IMG/VR virus record: IMGVR_UViG_2529292922_000010 | DNA length: 64,000 nucleotides | Source: a virus | Lineage: Duplodnaviria; Heunggongvirae; Uroviricota; Caudoviricetes | Strand: one strand, 5' to 3' | Shown: positions 50,931-61,790 of the stretch, in pieces | Layout: every line of letters starts with the position of its first letter | Numbering within the stretch: position 1 is the first letter of the stretch | Made by a program: the position numbers and the translations under genes | The notes under the pieces: model-generated | Told to the model about the DNA's origin: nothing | The model's input: the letters and a program-made list of their open reading frames with translations, nothing else | The model's database searches: none

Positions 50931-53900
50931 ATGGAAAGAAAAAACGCCAACATTGACGATGTGATAAGGACGGTTGAAACCGCCAGCGCAAAAGAGCTGG
51001 AAGAGCTTGCAGGTATTCGGGAAGCCGTTGAAGATTTGAAAGGTGGGCGAGTTGCTACAGTTGATCCTGTCTCTCGCAGTGTGTCGGCATTAAATCGCAC
51101 AATCGAAAATTCCCGGCCAGACTTTGTGGCCAATGCGCCATCAGTGGACCCTATTGTTGAGGCAATGAAACGGCTTAATTTAGGGGACGTTTCTCGTGTA
51201 GTTCAGGAGGATGTTGCTCTACAGGAACCGCAGGCCAAATCAACTACGCGAAAGGGTAAAAAACGACGCAAGAAGGCTATAACAGAAGATGTAAAGGCGC
51301 AACGGACCGAAGCAGCCGAACACGCTCGCGAAATGTTCGGTCAAAAAGGCGGTGCGCAAAAAAGCCAAAACCAACGCGATGCGCGTGGTCGTTTTATTGG
51401 AAAGTCAGGGAGTAAGGCCGCAGCGGAAGATGCCCGTGCTGAACGTGCTGAAAAGGCCAGGCGCAAAGAGGATGATGAGCGTCTAAATGCTGAATCAGGT
51501 TTATTAAAAAAACTGTCAAAAGTAGCTGAAGGCATAGGTAACCCTTCAGAGACTCGTGCCGTCGATGCGTTAGGTTATGCCGTTGCTGGTCCATTGTGGG
51601 CAGCAGGGAAGGAGCTTGGCGGGATATCAAAAGAAGTTGGTGGATCGCTTAATGGTGCCAGAAAGTCTATTGCCGATGTGATTCGTGGCAATGACGATAA
51701 CAGCCGTAGAAAAGGTTTTTTTAGGCGTAAATCGCAAAATAGTGCCGATGTCGTTCAGGTTAACACCCAAAAACGGACGGTTCAGGAACTTCAGGAGCAG
51801 ACCAGCGAAATTAAAGAGGGCAATGACAAGATTCTCCGCGCCCTTGATCAGATAGCCAAAAACACCGGGAAAAAGAAGGGCGGCTTGCTGTCCAAACTAT
51901 TTAGCCTGTTAGGGAAGGGGGCCGGTGGCGTCGCGTCGTTGTTAATGGGGCGTGGCATGCTGAAAAAAGCTGGAGCACTCGCTTTTGGCGCTCTGGGGGC
52001 AAAGAAACTTGTAGGAATGCTACGCGGTGGTGGCAAGAAGACTCTCGCCCATGAAGGCGGAGATTTGGCTGCCCGGGCAGCAGGTAAACTTGGATTAAAG
52101 GCAGTTGGTAAAGGGGCGTTACGCGCAATTCCCCTAGTCGGCACAGTGGCTGGAGGTATTTATGATGCGGTAACCGGTTGGAATGATACAGAAGCGCAAC
52201 GTCGAGCGTTTGGGCTTAAATCAGGACAAGATCCATCATTCCAGCAAAAAGCCGCTTATACGTTAGCTAATGTTCTTGATATGGGGGGACTGGTATCTGG
52301 TATTAGCAGCGCCATTGGTGAGGTTCTCAAATCACTTGGATTTGAGGATATCGGCAATATGTTGCAATCATTTTCGACGGAAAGTATTGCCCAGGCCATT
52401 GATAGTGGGATTACCAACTTAGAAACATATATTTCTAACCTTGGCGACACCATTTCTACCAAGTTCGATGATTACACAGCAAAGATTGGTGATGCTGTTT
52501 CAGCATGGTTTAGCGATACATCTAATAAGCTGCTTGAAAAGCTGGATGCCATCAAAGACTTCTTTACTGTCGATAACCTGAAACAGGTTTTCAGTGATGC
52601 AATTGATAGTGCAATTGATTTCATTAAGAACCCAGGGAAACATATTAAAGAGGCGGCTGGTAATATTTGGGATGGGGTTAAAAATTTCCCCGGTAAAGCA
52701 TTAGATGCAGCGGTTGATGCCGTTAAAAATACCCCTGCGGCAATGATTGTATCAAAAATACCCAATCCGATCGGCGAGGCTAATGCGAAAGAAATCACTC
52801 CAGAGTTAAAAGCTCCGGTTAATAGCCACCAGGAGACATCTGATTCTAAAACTGAATCCGATGCCAAACAGACTAATATTGTTACCCGCGTGATAAATGC
52901 GGCACTGGACACGGCGAAAGATAGCAATAAAACAGTTAAAGAAACTGCTAATCAGATTATCAATGCAAATGCCGTAGAAACGGGCAATAGCGCGTTGCAG
53001 AAAATTGATAAAGCTATTGGTCAAAATAGCTCGTCATCATCGTCGCTTAATACCACTGGCACCAGGAATGACATTCAGAAAGCTGCGGATACCTACAACA
53101 ATGGCAACTTGGATGTAAAAGTCGGAAGTCTTGGCGCTGAAGGTAAGGCAAATCTCGATAAGTTGGCTCCGTATTTTGCCGAACTAGAGAATAAATACGG
53201 TCTTCCAGAAGGCACTCTTTACGCGATTGCTGCAACTGAATCTGGTGGTAATCCGTATGCAAAATCCCAAACCGGTGCTCTGGGGATGTTTCAGTTCACG
53301 GGGATTGCTCGTGAAGAGACTGGCTTAGCTGAAGGTGAATCGTTTGATCCTGTGAAATCGGCAGAAGCTGCGGCTCTTCTCATGAGCAAATATCTGAAGC
53401 AAGCCAATGGAGACTTAAACGAGGCCATCACTGCATATAATGCTGGGTTTGGCACTATCAATAAGTGGAAAAAAGGCACAGGTGACTTATCGAAAGAAAA
53501 CCGTGAGTACGCGATCAAGGTCAATACTCATCGTGCTCGCTATTTAGGTGGTGAAATCTATACACCTGGAGCAGGAGCACAGGGTGGGGCGCAATATGGA
53601 GTGAGGGGACCACTGCCTGATAACGCTGTTATCGATCAGTCTACTGGCCTGGCGTTTACCCCTGGTGATAGCCCGTTTGAGAAAGGCGGTCTGGTAGACA
53701 AAATTGGCAATGCTGTTGGCGTTAACGATCTGGTCAACAAATTCATGAATGGCCGGGGTATGCGTCGGGAAGTCGTTCAGGGAACGCTCGAAGAACGTGC
53801 ACGAGGGAAGGGGACCGCAACAGCAGCTGGCAATGTGTATGTTGATACTCCGATGCCAGTTGAAGAGGCGCGTCCGGTGGCCAGCAACTCAAGTTACTTT

Positions 53901-54323
53901 GACCAACTCGGCGCACAAATGGGGATTGATGGACTATTTGATAAACTCCGCAACTCGCCGGGGATGCGGAAAAATAATGCGCCTGAACCAGCCTCCACGT
54001 CCCAGGTGACGACTGCCGCCAACGATTTGCAGCAACCAACCGGTCGTATGCAGATAGACGGACAGGTTATTAGTGACCTTGGCGGCTCCGGTGCCAAGCC
54101 GACAATGCAGTTGGCTGATAATACCGTTTCACTTGATGGTGAAACGAAGCGGCTGTTTGCGCAGATGACCTCATTGCTTGCCAGGATTGAAGAGCACACT
54201 AAAGACTCGGCGAAAGGCCAGGGAACTGTCGTAAAGGTCAGCACGCCTCAACCGGGCGTTATGCGCACGGTGCCACTGTCAATTGATGATCCGTTGATGA
54301 ATGACTACGCGAGAGTTGATTGA
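50931..54323 (+). CDS. sit: Sit-like tape-measure / injection transglycosylase
   Basis: 1130 aa; internal lytic transglycosylase motif (AIAATESGGNPYA...GALGMFQF...YNAG). Confidence 0.8.
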   Translation: MERKNANIDDVIRTVETASAKELEELAGIREAVEDLKGGRVATVDPVSRSVSALNRTIENSRPDFVANAPSVDPIVEAMKRLNLGDVSRVVQEDVALQEPQAKSTTRKGKKRRKKAITEDVKAQRTEAAEHAREMFGQKGGAQKSQNQRDARGRFIGKSGSKAAAEDARAERAEKARRKEDDERLNAESGLLKKLSKVAEGIGNPSETRAVDALGYAVAGPLWAAGKELGGISKEVGGSLNGARKSIADVIRGNDDNSRRKGFFRRKSQNSADVVQVNTQKRTVQELQEQTSEIKEGNDKILRALDQIAKNTGKKKGGLLSKLFSLLGKGAGGVASLLMGRGMLKKAGALAFGALGAKKLVGMLRGGGKKTLAHEGGDLAARAAGKLGLKAVGKGALRAIPLVGTVAGGIYDAVTGWNDTEAQRRAFGLKSGQDPSFQQKAAYTLANVLDMGGLVSGISSAIGEVLKSLGFEDIGNMLQSFSTESIAQAIDSGITNLETYISNLGDTISTKFDDYTAKIGDAVSAWFSDTSNKLLEKLDAIKDFFTVDNLKQVFSDAIDSAIDFIKNPGKHIKEAAGNIWDGVKNFPGKALDAAVDAVKNTPAAMIVSKIPNPIGEANAKEITPELKAPVNSHQETSDSKTESDAKQTNIVTRVINAALDTAKDSNKTVKETANQIINANAVETGNSALQKIDKAIGQNSSSSSSLNTTGTRNDIQKAADTYNNGNLDVKVGSLGAEGKANLDKLAPYFAELENKYGLPEGTLYAIAATESGGNPYAKSQTGALGMFQFTGIAREETGLAEGESFDPVKSAEAAALLMSKYLKQANGDLNEAITAYNAGFGTINKWKKGTGDLSKENREYAIKVNTHRARYLGGEIYTPGAGAQGGAQYGVRGPLPDNAVIDQSTGLAFTPGDSPFEKGGLVDKIGNAVGVNDLVNKFMNGRGMRREVVQGTLEERARGKGTATAAGNVYVDTPMPVEEARPVASNSSYFDQLGAQMGIDGLFDKLRNSPGMRKNNAPEPASTSQVTTAANDLQQPTGRMQIDGQVISDLGGSGAKPTMQLADNTVSLDGETKRLFAQMTSLLARIEEHTKDSAKGQGTVVKVSTPQPGVMRTVPLSIDDPLMNDYARVD

Positions 54324-54679
54324 TGGCCAACAATAACGAAATTGATCCTTTGCTGACGCTGGAGTTATCCGGCGTAAAAACGTATGAGTCCCAGGAGGAG
54401 GCCTGGGGCGCTCGTTTATATGAGTGGCTAAACACTTATCAGGGTGAGGTATACGGAGATCCGTCATGGGGCAATGTTTTACCGCAGTTTAAACACGAAC
54501 CGACCAACTTGTCGCATGTTCAAATTGCGGTTGAGGCAATGCTTTTGCAAAAACTGACGGTAGATTTACCCGACATACCGATTTCTGGCTTGTCAGTAGC
54601 CGAGGGAGATGCTTTTGATAAGTTGAAAATATCCATTCGTATCAGGGATATAACTATCACACAGGACGTGGTGCTATGA
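54320..54679 (+). CDS. Baseplate wedge gp25/gpW-like protein, 119 aa
   Basis: Size and position right after tape measure; start overlaps sit stop. Confidence 0.5.
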   Translation: MMANNNEIDPLLTLELSGVKTYESQEEAWGARLYEWLNTYQGEVYGDPSWGNVLPQFKHEPTNLSHVQIAVEAMLLQKLTVDLPDIPISGLSVAEGDAFDKLKISIRIRDITITQDVVL

Positions 54680-56109
54680 GTAAAACAACACCTACTAAAG
54701 ACAGTATTCGTGCAGAGTTTGAAGAGCTTGTCGAGAAAGATTCATTCTGGTCGAAGTTTGTCGGCTCTCAATTTGTCTCGATGCTGACATTGTTTATTAC
54801 CCAGATTGTCTACAGGTGCTTTCAGTATGCCGATGCGGCGCTGGCTGAAGGCTTTATATCGACCGCGACGCGGCGTTCTTCTATCCTGGCAGCGGCAGAA
54901 ACGAATAGTTACGTTGGTACCAAGCCAACACCGTCATCGGGGATGATTGAGATCACCGCCACAAGTGAAGATGCCCCAGCGGTAATCCCCAAAAATATGC
55001 CTTTAATATCTGACGACCAGTATCCTTACATGACTATGGATGTATGCAGGTTGGTTGACGGCACCGGTACGGTAGAAGTGGCACAGTTGGAAATCCAGGA
55101 GGTGACATATACCGTTACGGCAGCCAAAGAATTTCTGGAAGTCGTGTTATCAAAGGCTCTCACTGCTGTCTGCTATAAGCTGGAAGTATTCGTGACGACC
55201 GATGGTAAGACCACGCAGTGGTCTTCCAGCACTATGTTCCGGTTAGCCGGTAGTAAAAGCCAGGTCTACGTTGAGTTTTATAAACCATCCGAGCAGTTGG
55301 GGGTTCGATTCGGTGATGGGCTAATTGGGCAAATACCGCCAGAAGGCTCGACCATTACGCTTAAGGTATGGTGCACCAACGGCGATATAACCCTGGTTGC
55401 TGGCCAAAACCTGACGCCTGTCGATTCTGCGGCTAATTTAGCTAATTTGATTTCAGTTAAGACAACGACACCTATAACCGCAGGTACCGATGCCGAAACA
55501 ACGGAGATCACACGTAACCGTGCACAATATTACCTTGCCTATGATGATCAGGTCGTATGGGGCGGGGACTATACGTATTTTCTGGTGCGTAACATCCCGG
55601 GACTGTCCTGGGTAAAGGCATGGGGCGAAGGCCAGCAAGAGAAATTAGATGGTGCTTATAATGTTCGGAATATCAATAAGATATTTATTTCAGGATGGCA
55701 TCCAAACAAAAGCCAGTCAGAGCTTGAAGAAATGATCCTGGCTGCCTTTAAGAAGGTGCCGAATGAGTTGAACAAGAAATTCTCGTATAAAGAGGTCAGA
55801 AAACTCCCCTTTAAGATCACCATCACTGGGCGGATATCGGCAAGCCTGACCATTGAGAACGTGACTGATGAGCTGAAGTCGGCACTGGAAACAAAATTTG
55901 GGCGTGACTCAACTTTCTTTGATCCGAACCGTGTCGGCAAGTACATCCTAATCAAGAAAAAAGACGTTTGGGCATTTATCGAAACGCTGGGTTATTTCCG
56001 CGACTTTTATCTGGAATTTGTCGAGTGGAATGAGTCCAACGGCTTTTACGATTTCGTTTATCTGGATACAGAAAACTCCACCTTTAATATTTCGTATGAG
56101 GAGGAGTGA
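54676..56109 (+). CDS. Baseplate J-like protein, 477 aa
   Basis: Size and position; overlaps neighbours by 4 nt. Confidence 0.5.
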   Translation: MSKTTPTKDSIRAEFEELVEKDSFWSKFVGSQFVSMLTLFITQIVYRCFQYADAALAEGFISTATRRSSILAAAETNSYVGTKPTPSSGMIEITATSEDAPAVIPKNMPLISDDQYPYMTMDVCRLVDGTGTVEVAQLEIQEVTYTVTAAKEFLEVVLSKALTAVCYKLEVFVTTDGKTTQWSSSTMFRLAGSKSQVYVEFYKPSEQLGVRFGDGLIGQIPPEGSTITLKVWCTNGDITLVAGQNLTPVDSAANLANLISVKTTTPITAGTDAETTEITRNRAQYYLAYDDQVVWGGDYTYFLVRNIPGLSWVKAWGEGQQEKLDGAYNVRNINKIFISGWHPNKSQSELEEMILAAFKKVPNELNKKFSYKEVRKLPFKITITGRISASLTIENVTDELKSALETKFGRDSTFFDPNRVGKYILIKKKDVWAFIETLGYFRDFYLEFVEWNESNGFYDFVYLDTENSTFNISYEEE

Positions 56110-56945
56110 TGCAGCGTTCCTGGTTTAATAACCGGCTTACATCAGCTAAGCAAAAGTCATTACTTTATAAATCATTGGCTGATTTGGTTCAGTCAATGAT
56201 GGACACCTTTGTTGACCCATGGTTGGAGCGAATTACCAACCGGAAGTCTATTTTCTCCATGAGCAAGGAGGATCTGGAGACTAGGACAAATGAACTTGGC
56301 CAGTTTTTTACTATCAGAACGTCGAATTCATCTTCCGTTCCGATGTTGTTACAACAGCGGTTTGATGAGATCCATTTTAAGGGTACTGAACGCCCTATAA
56401 ACCAGACAATTTATCGCGAATTTAACGGTATATCGGTTTTATGGGATCCCATATATGCTCCGGTGGACTTTGAACGTCATCCCTATGGCACGGTCCTGAT
56501 TCCAGAAAGCACACTGGAAACCACCGGCGGCACATTCGGCGAGATGTTTCTGACTTCCAGAGGAATGATCAGTATTCCCATAAACGACCTGGCCCGGACA
56601 ATGGGTATTACTGGAACGATAGATCAGTCCGCAATTACAGAAGAAATTCTCAGAAAGTTTAATCAGTTCGTAAAGCCTCTACTGCCACTGCATATAGTGT
56701 TTGATGGGCTTACGCTCTATTTGTCGGTTGTTGTAAATGAACAGGCCGACATGATCACTTTGAATGAGATTTCTGATACCGAAAAAGCATTCTGCTGGTT
56801 TGAAACTTCGGATACAACTTCGCTTACTGAAGTTACGTCGATTAACGCCCCGATCACTGCAACGCCGGGCGGCACTATTGTGAAAGCAACGCCTACGTTT
56901 GATCGCACCCGCGCAGATGATTTGCTGTTGGATAGCGATGCGTGA
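56106..56945 (+). CDS. Baseplate/tail-fibre-associated protein, 279 aa
   Basis: Translationally coupled to upstream gene. Confidence 0.45.
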   Translation: MMQRSWFNNRLTSAKQKSLLYKSLADLVQSMMDTFVDPWLERITNRKSIFSMSKEDLETRTNELGQFFTIRTSNSSSVPMLLQQRFDEIHFKGTERPINQTIYREFNGISVLWDPIYAPVDFERHPYGTVLIPESTLETTGGTFGEMFLTSRGMISIPINDLARTMGITGTIDQSAITEEILRKFNQFVKPLLPLHIVFDGLTLYLSVVVNEQADMITLNEISDTEKAFCWFETSDTTSLTEVTSINAPITATPGGTIVKATPTFDRTRADDLLLDSDA

Positions 56946-57023
56946 CAATCACCCCGTCCGCAGGGCGGGGTGACAAGTTACTTATCTTACAATGAGGCTT
57001 CACAACATTGATTAGGGAAAATC

Positions 57024-57458
57024 ATGTCTGACGTCTCAACAAACCTCTATAAGAGTCAGTTGTTGGACTATTACTATCAGCGGCGCGCTGAATCGTCCAT
57101 TAACAAAGGCTCTCGATTTTTAATCAGCAAGGCCGTTTTCGGTACCAGTTCACTGGTTACTAAGAAAGGAGATGGCACTTATGAGATTGGAGAACTGCCA
57201 AAGGCTTTCGATCTGGCAGAACTGACCAGTCAATTTTGCACCATCAACCTCGTCCCAACCTACTCAGGCGGGATAATTACTGTCCGAATGGACCTTGATC
57301 AAAGTCAGTTGCAGGAAGGGAAAAACTACCCATTCAACACTCTGGTTGTTCTGGATAACGAGAATAAGCCAATCGCCATTATTTGTGTCCAGGAAGACTC
57401 GCTGTATGTGGGCAAAACATATACCGCAGTTATGGCCATAAACTCGACTACAGCATAA
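57024..57458 (+). CDS. Small tail protein upstream of fibre gene, 144 aa
   Basis: Position of P1 gene R. Confidence 0.45.
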   Translation: MSDVSTNLYKSQLLDYYYQRRAESSINKGSRFLISKAVFGTSSLVTKKGDGTYEIGELPKAFDLAELTSQFCTINLVPTYSGGIITVRMDLDQSQLQEGKNYPFNTLVVLDNENKPIAIICVQEDSLYVGKTYTAVMAINSTTA

Positions 57459-57469
57459 GGATATGCTTG

Positions 57470-59326
57470 ATGAATGACGTTACAGTTGTTACATCGGTTA
57501 CTTACCCATCACCCGAGTCGTTGGCTCTGGTGGCTGATGTGCAATACCACGAACCATATCTGTCAGCCGCTCTAAACCGAAAATTCAGGGGAATTGTTGA
57601 CCCGGGATTTTATGCTGGTTTCTTGCCTAAGCCTGGCGGTGGGATGAACCTGTTAATCACCTCAGTGGATGGAGATAAAACCGCTGGCGCGGCGTCAGTG
57701 GATATTGGTGAATTCTACCAGGTAACTATTCAGCATCGTAAGGATATCTCTCTTGCACTTAACGCAGGCAAGAAATATGCAATTGTGCTGAAGGGAAGAT
57801 ACCTTCTTGGAGAAGATACCTATCAGGTTAATACCGCGTCACATATTCATGCAGCTGAATTTGTTGCCAGAACCTATACCGATTCATATCAGTTAGGTGA
57901 TGGGGAACTGCTGGTTTGTACGGTGAATATCCCTGCTGGCGTATCTACCATTACTCAAGAGATGATTGATACATCCGAGCGTATCAACCGCACGATCGGC
58001 ATTGATATTTCAGACTCTGTAACCAGTACCAGAAGTGATGTTGCTGCGAGTTCGCTGGCAGTTAAAAAAGCCTACGATCTGGCGAAAAGCAAGTATACGG
58101 CGCAGGATGCAACCACGACACAAAAAGGGATAGTTCAGCTCAGTAGCGACACCAACAGCACTTCTGAAACATTAGCTGCAACTCCAAAAGCGGTTAAAGC
58201 TGCATACGATCTAGCAGCCGGAAAGGCACCATCCAGTCATACACATCCCTGGAATCAGATCACTGGTGTGCCAACAGCTTCATTGACAGCGAAAGGCATC
58301 ACTCAGCTCAGTAGTGCCACTAACAGTACGTCCGAAGTGCTGGCCGCCACACCGAAAGCTGTCAAGGCTGCATATGATTTGGCTAACGGGAAGTATACAG
58401 CCCAGGATGCAACCACGACACAAAAAGGGATAGTTCAGCTCAGTAGCGACACCAACAGCACTTCTGAAACATTAGCTGCAACTCCAAAAGCGGTTAAAGC
58501 TGCATACGATCTAGCAGCCGGAAAGGCACCATCCAGTCATACACATCCCTGGAATCAGATCACTGGTGTGCCAACAGCTTCATTGACAGCGAAAGGCATC
58601 ACTCAGCTCAGTAGTGCCACTAACAGCACGTCTGAAGTGCTGGCCGCCACACCGAAAGCTGTCAAGGCTGCATATGATTTGGCTAATGGAAAGCAAGCGG
58701 CAGACGCTACGCTCACTGCTCTAGCGGCACTAGCTACAGCAGCAGATAAACTCCCTTATTTCACAGGTGTTGATCGTGCCGCGTTAACTGCATTGACAAG
58801 TGTTGGACGCGCCATTCTTGGTAAGACCAGTATTCAGAGCGTTCTTGATTACCTTGGTTTAGGGGAAGGCTCGGCGCTGCCCGTTGGTGTACCTGTTCCA
58901 TGGCCCTCAGCCACACCGCCAACGGGGTGGCTGAAATGCAATGGTGCAGCATTTTCTTCTGAAAAGTACCCAAATCTGGCAAAGGTTTACCCTACTAATA
59001 AATTGCCGGATCTACGGGGCGAATTTATTCGCGGCTGGGATGACGGGCGGGGGATTGACTCTGGCCGTAATTTATTATCTGCACAGAATGATGCAATTCA
59101 GAATATTGTTGGTTCTTTCGGGCGTACTCAGCTTTTTAGAGATGTACTTAGTTCAGGGCCATTTAGTCAACATGGTCAAGTATTATCTACAGGCCTAAAG
59201 GAAACGGAAATTATTGAGGGTTATGGCTCTTATAACTGGACATTCGACGCCTCTCGCTCAGTTCGTACAGCATCTGAAACCCGCCCCCGTAATATTGCAT
59301 TTAATTACATCGTAAGGGCGGCATAA
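57470..59326 (+). CDS. Tail fibre protein (constant shaft + currently expressed cassette 1)
   Basis: 618 aa from ATG 57470; repeated GIxQLSS.TNSTSE.LAATPKAVKAAYDLA motifs; receptor-binding cassette 1 occupies 58853-59326. Confidence 0.8.
   Translation: MNDVTVVTSVTYPSPESLALVADVQYHEPYLSAALNRKFRGIVDPGFYAGFLPKPGGGMNLLITSVDGDKTAGAASVDIGEFYQVTIQHRKDISLALNAGKKYAIVLKGRYLLGEDTYQVNTASHIHAAEFVARTYTDSYQLGDGELLVCTVNIPAGVSTITQEMIDTSERINRTIGIDISDSVTSTRSDVAASSLAVKKAYDLAKSKYTAQDATTTQKGIVQLSSDTNSTSETLAATPKAVKAAYDLAAGKAPSSHTHPWNQITGVPTASLTAKGITQLSSATNSTSEVLAATPKAVKAAYDLANGKYTAQDATTTQKGIVQLSSDTNSTSETLAATPKAVKAAYDLAAGKAPSSHTHPWNQITGVPTASLTAKGITQLSSATNSTSEVLAATPKAVKAAYDLANGKQAADATLTALAALATAADKLPYFTGVDRAALTALTSVGRAILGKTSIQSVLDYLGLGEGSALPVGVPVPWPSATPPTGWLKCNGAAFSSEKYPNLAKVYPTNKLPDLRGEFIRGWDDGRGIDSGRNLLSAQNDAIQNIVGSFGRTQLFRDVLSSGPFSQHGQVLSTGLKETEIIEGYGSYNWTFDASRSVRTASETRPRNIAFNYIVRAA
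58091..58690 (+). repeat. Near-perfect tandem duplication (2 x 300 bp) in fibre shaft
   Basis: 58091-58390 and 58391-58690 nearly identical; encodes duplicated 100-aa shaft module. Confidence 0.8.
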
Positions 59327-59813
59327 AAACGTTGGTTTGGGGGAAGGCTCAGCATTGCCCGTTGGCGTGCCCGTTCCGTGGCCCTTAGAAACACCGCCAA
59401 CGGGGTGGCTGAAATGTAACGGAGCAGCATTTTCTTCTGAAATGTATCCCAAACTGGCAAAGGCCTACCCCACCAATAAATTACCGGATTTACGGGGAGA
59501 ATTTATTCGCGGCTGGGATGATGGGCGCGGGGTGGATGCGGGACGTGCTTTATTGAGCATTCAGACAGGAATGCTGGAAAAGCACCGACATATTGTTGTA
59601 GCCAATGATGGTTACGACACAAAAGATGAATGGGAGCTGGCGACAATTTTCAAAAAAACATACACACAAGGACGGGGGCTTGATGCCTCAAATACAGGAG
59701 GGAATTTGATTCCATCACCGACACTTCATTCTCGAGGGAGTATTGGTAATACTGGCGGGAGTGAAACCCGTCCACGAAATATCGCATTTAATTACATCGT
59801 AAGGGCGGCATAA
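59327..59813 (+). other. Silent tail-fibre C-terminal cassette 2 (intact frame)
   Basis: Begins with junction AAACGTTGGTTTGGGGGAAGG, ends ETRPRNIAFNYIVRAA-stop; 5' 200 bp identical in type to inverted cassette 9. Confidence 0.7.
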
Positions 59814-60290
59814 AAACGTTGGTTTAGGGGAAGGCTCGGCGCTGCCCGTTGGTGTACCTATTCCATGGCCCTCAGCCACACCGCCAACGGGGTGGCTGAA
59901 ATGTAACGGTGCAGCATTTTCTCTGAAAAGTACCCAAATCTGGCAAAGGTTTACCCCACTAATAAATTGCCGGATCTACGGGGCGAATTTATTCGCGGCT
60001 GGGATGACGGGCGGGGGATTGACTCTGGCCGTAATTTATTATCTGCACAGAATGATGCAATTCAGAATATTGTTGGTTCTTTCGGGCGTACTCAGCTTTT
60101 TAGAGATGTACTTAGTTCAGGGCCATTTAGTCAACATGGTCAAGTATTATCTACAGGCCTAAAGGAAACGGAAATTATTGAGGGTTATGGCTCTTATAAC
60201 TGGACATTCGACGCCTCTCGCTCAGTTCGTACAGCATCTGAAACCCGCCCCCGTAATATTGCATTTAATTACATCGTAAGGGCGGCATAA
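59814..60290 (+). pseudogene. Cassette 3, frameshifted near-copy of cassette 1
   Basis: 1-bp deletion (TTCTTCTG to TTCTCTG); variable region identical to cassette 1. Confidence 0.65.
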
Positions 60291-60764
60291 AAACGTTGGT
60301 TTGGGGGAAGGCTCAGCATTGCCTGTTGGCGTACCTGTTCCGTGGCCCTCAGCCACTCCGCCAACGGGGTGGCTGAAATGTAACGGAGCAGCATTTTCTT
60401 CTGAAAAGTACCCAAATCTGGCAAAGGCTTACCCTACTAATAAATTGCCGGATTTACGCGGTGAATTTATTCGTGGCTGGGATGACGGACGTGGTGTGGA
60501 TGCCGGGCGACAATTATTATCTTCACAGGGGGAGTGCAATAAGAAATATTGAGGGGTTCGCAGATGGCGGGATTGGCATGTCTTTTGATGCAATCAGAGG
60601 GCGTTTTTATGATGCAGGAACACGATCTGCGAGAATGCCGAATAACACAACTGATATAGGCAAACCGATGACCTTGGATTCGACGCCTCTCGTGTCGTGC
60701 CAACAGCTAATAGAAAACCGTCCTCGTAATATTGTCCTTTAATTATATCGTAAGGGCGGCATAA
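60291..60764 (+). pseudogene. Cassette 4, multiply frameshifted copy of the cassette-10 type
   Basis: Premature stop at 60550 and further indels; intact counterpart is the inverted cassette at 63825-64000. Confidence 0.65.
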
Positions 60765-61277
60765 AACGTTGGTTTAGGGGAAGGCTCGGCGCTGCCCGTT
60801 GGTGTACCTGTTCCATGGCCCTCAGCCACACCACCAACGGGGTGGCTGAAATGCAATGGTGCAGCATTTTCTTCTGAAAAGTACCCAAATCTGGCAAAGG
60901 TTTACCCAACGTTAAAATTACCTGATTTACGCGGTGAATTTATCCGTGGCTGGGATGATGGGCGCGGGGTGGATGCTGGCCGCGCTTTGCTTAATTGGCA
61001 GCCACACACAATTTTGGACCATGCACACTATATGGAATTATGGACAGGGGACGGACTCGCCGCAGGAAGTGCACGGGAAGGCGTAAATCCAGGAATACTA
61101 GCTACATACGGTGACGGGGGAATAGTTAAAACGGACGAACCCGGTCATAAGGTGCCTTCCTCACTACGAGCTATTAGCTCTCGTAGTGTTAAACGTTATG
61201 GTGAAATTAGTGGAAATGTAGGTACAGAAACTCGCCCTCGCAACGTTGCATTTAATTACATCGTAAGGGCGGCATAA
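60765..61277 (+). other. Silent tail-fibre C-terminal cassette 5 (intact frame)
   Basis: Open frame from junction to RPRNVAFNYIVRAA-stop. Confidence 0.65.
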
Positions 61278-61790
61278 AAACGTTGGTTTAGGGGAAGGCT
61301 CGGCGCTGCCGTTGGTGTGCCTGTTCCGTGGCCCTCCGCCACACCACCAACGGGGTGGCTGAAATGTAACGGAGCAGCATTTTCTTCTGAAAAGTACCCA
61401 AATCTGGCAAAGGTTTACCCAACGTTAAAATTACCTGATTTACGCGGTGAGTTTATCCGTGGTTGGGATGATTCGAGAGGGATTGATACAGGGCGTTCAT
61501 TGCTAAGTGGTCAGACTGCAACATTTATTCGTACAGCTTTGCAGGATTATTACGGTGTCGATCTGACTACTAATGTCAAAGTAGGTATCGCTTATGCTAC
61601 TGCTGATTCTGTTATAACTGTTGGAAACCCTGCTAATCCTAAAGCAGGAGATAATAGCGATTATGTTCCAGCATCATCAGATAACTCCATAACAGGCACT
61701 CAAAGGACGGCAGAGGATAATTTTACCGGGGCATGGATATCAATGCGCCCCCGCAACGTTGCTTTTAATTACATTGTAAGGGCCACATAA
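61278..61790 (+). pseudogene. Cassette 6, frameshift at 5' conserved region
   Basis: 1-bp deletion (GCTGCCCGTTGG to GCTGCCGTTGG); rest open. Confidence 0.6.

Noticed and set aside
51341-54244. Several 60-150-aa minus-strand ORFs inside sit (e.g. 51848-52144, 52472-52927, 53894-54244)
   Set aside because: They lie antisense within a long, well-supported gene, have no RBS and low-complexity translations; treated as spurious.
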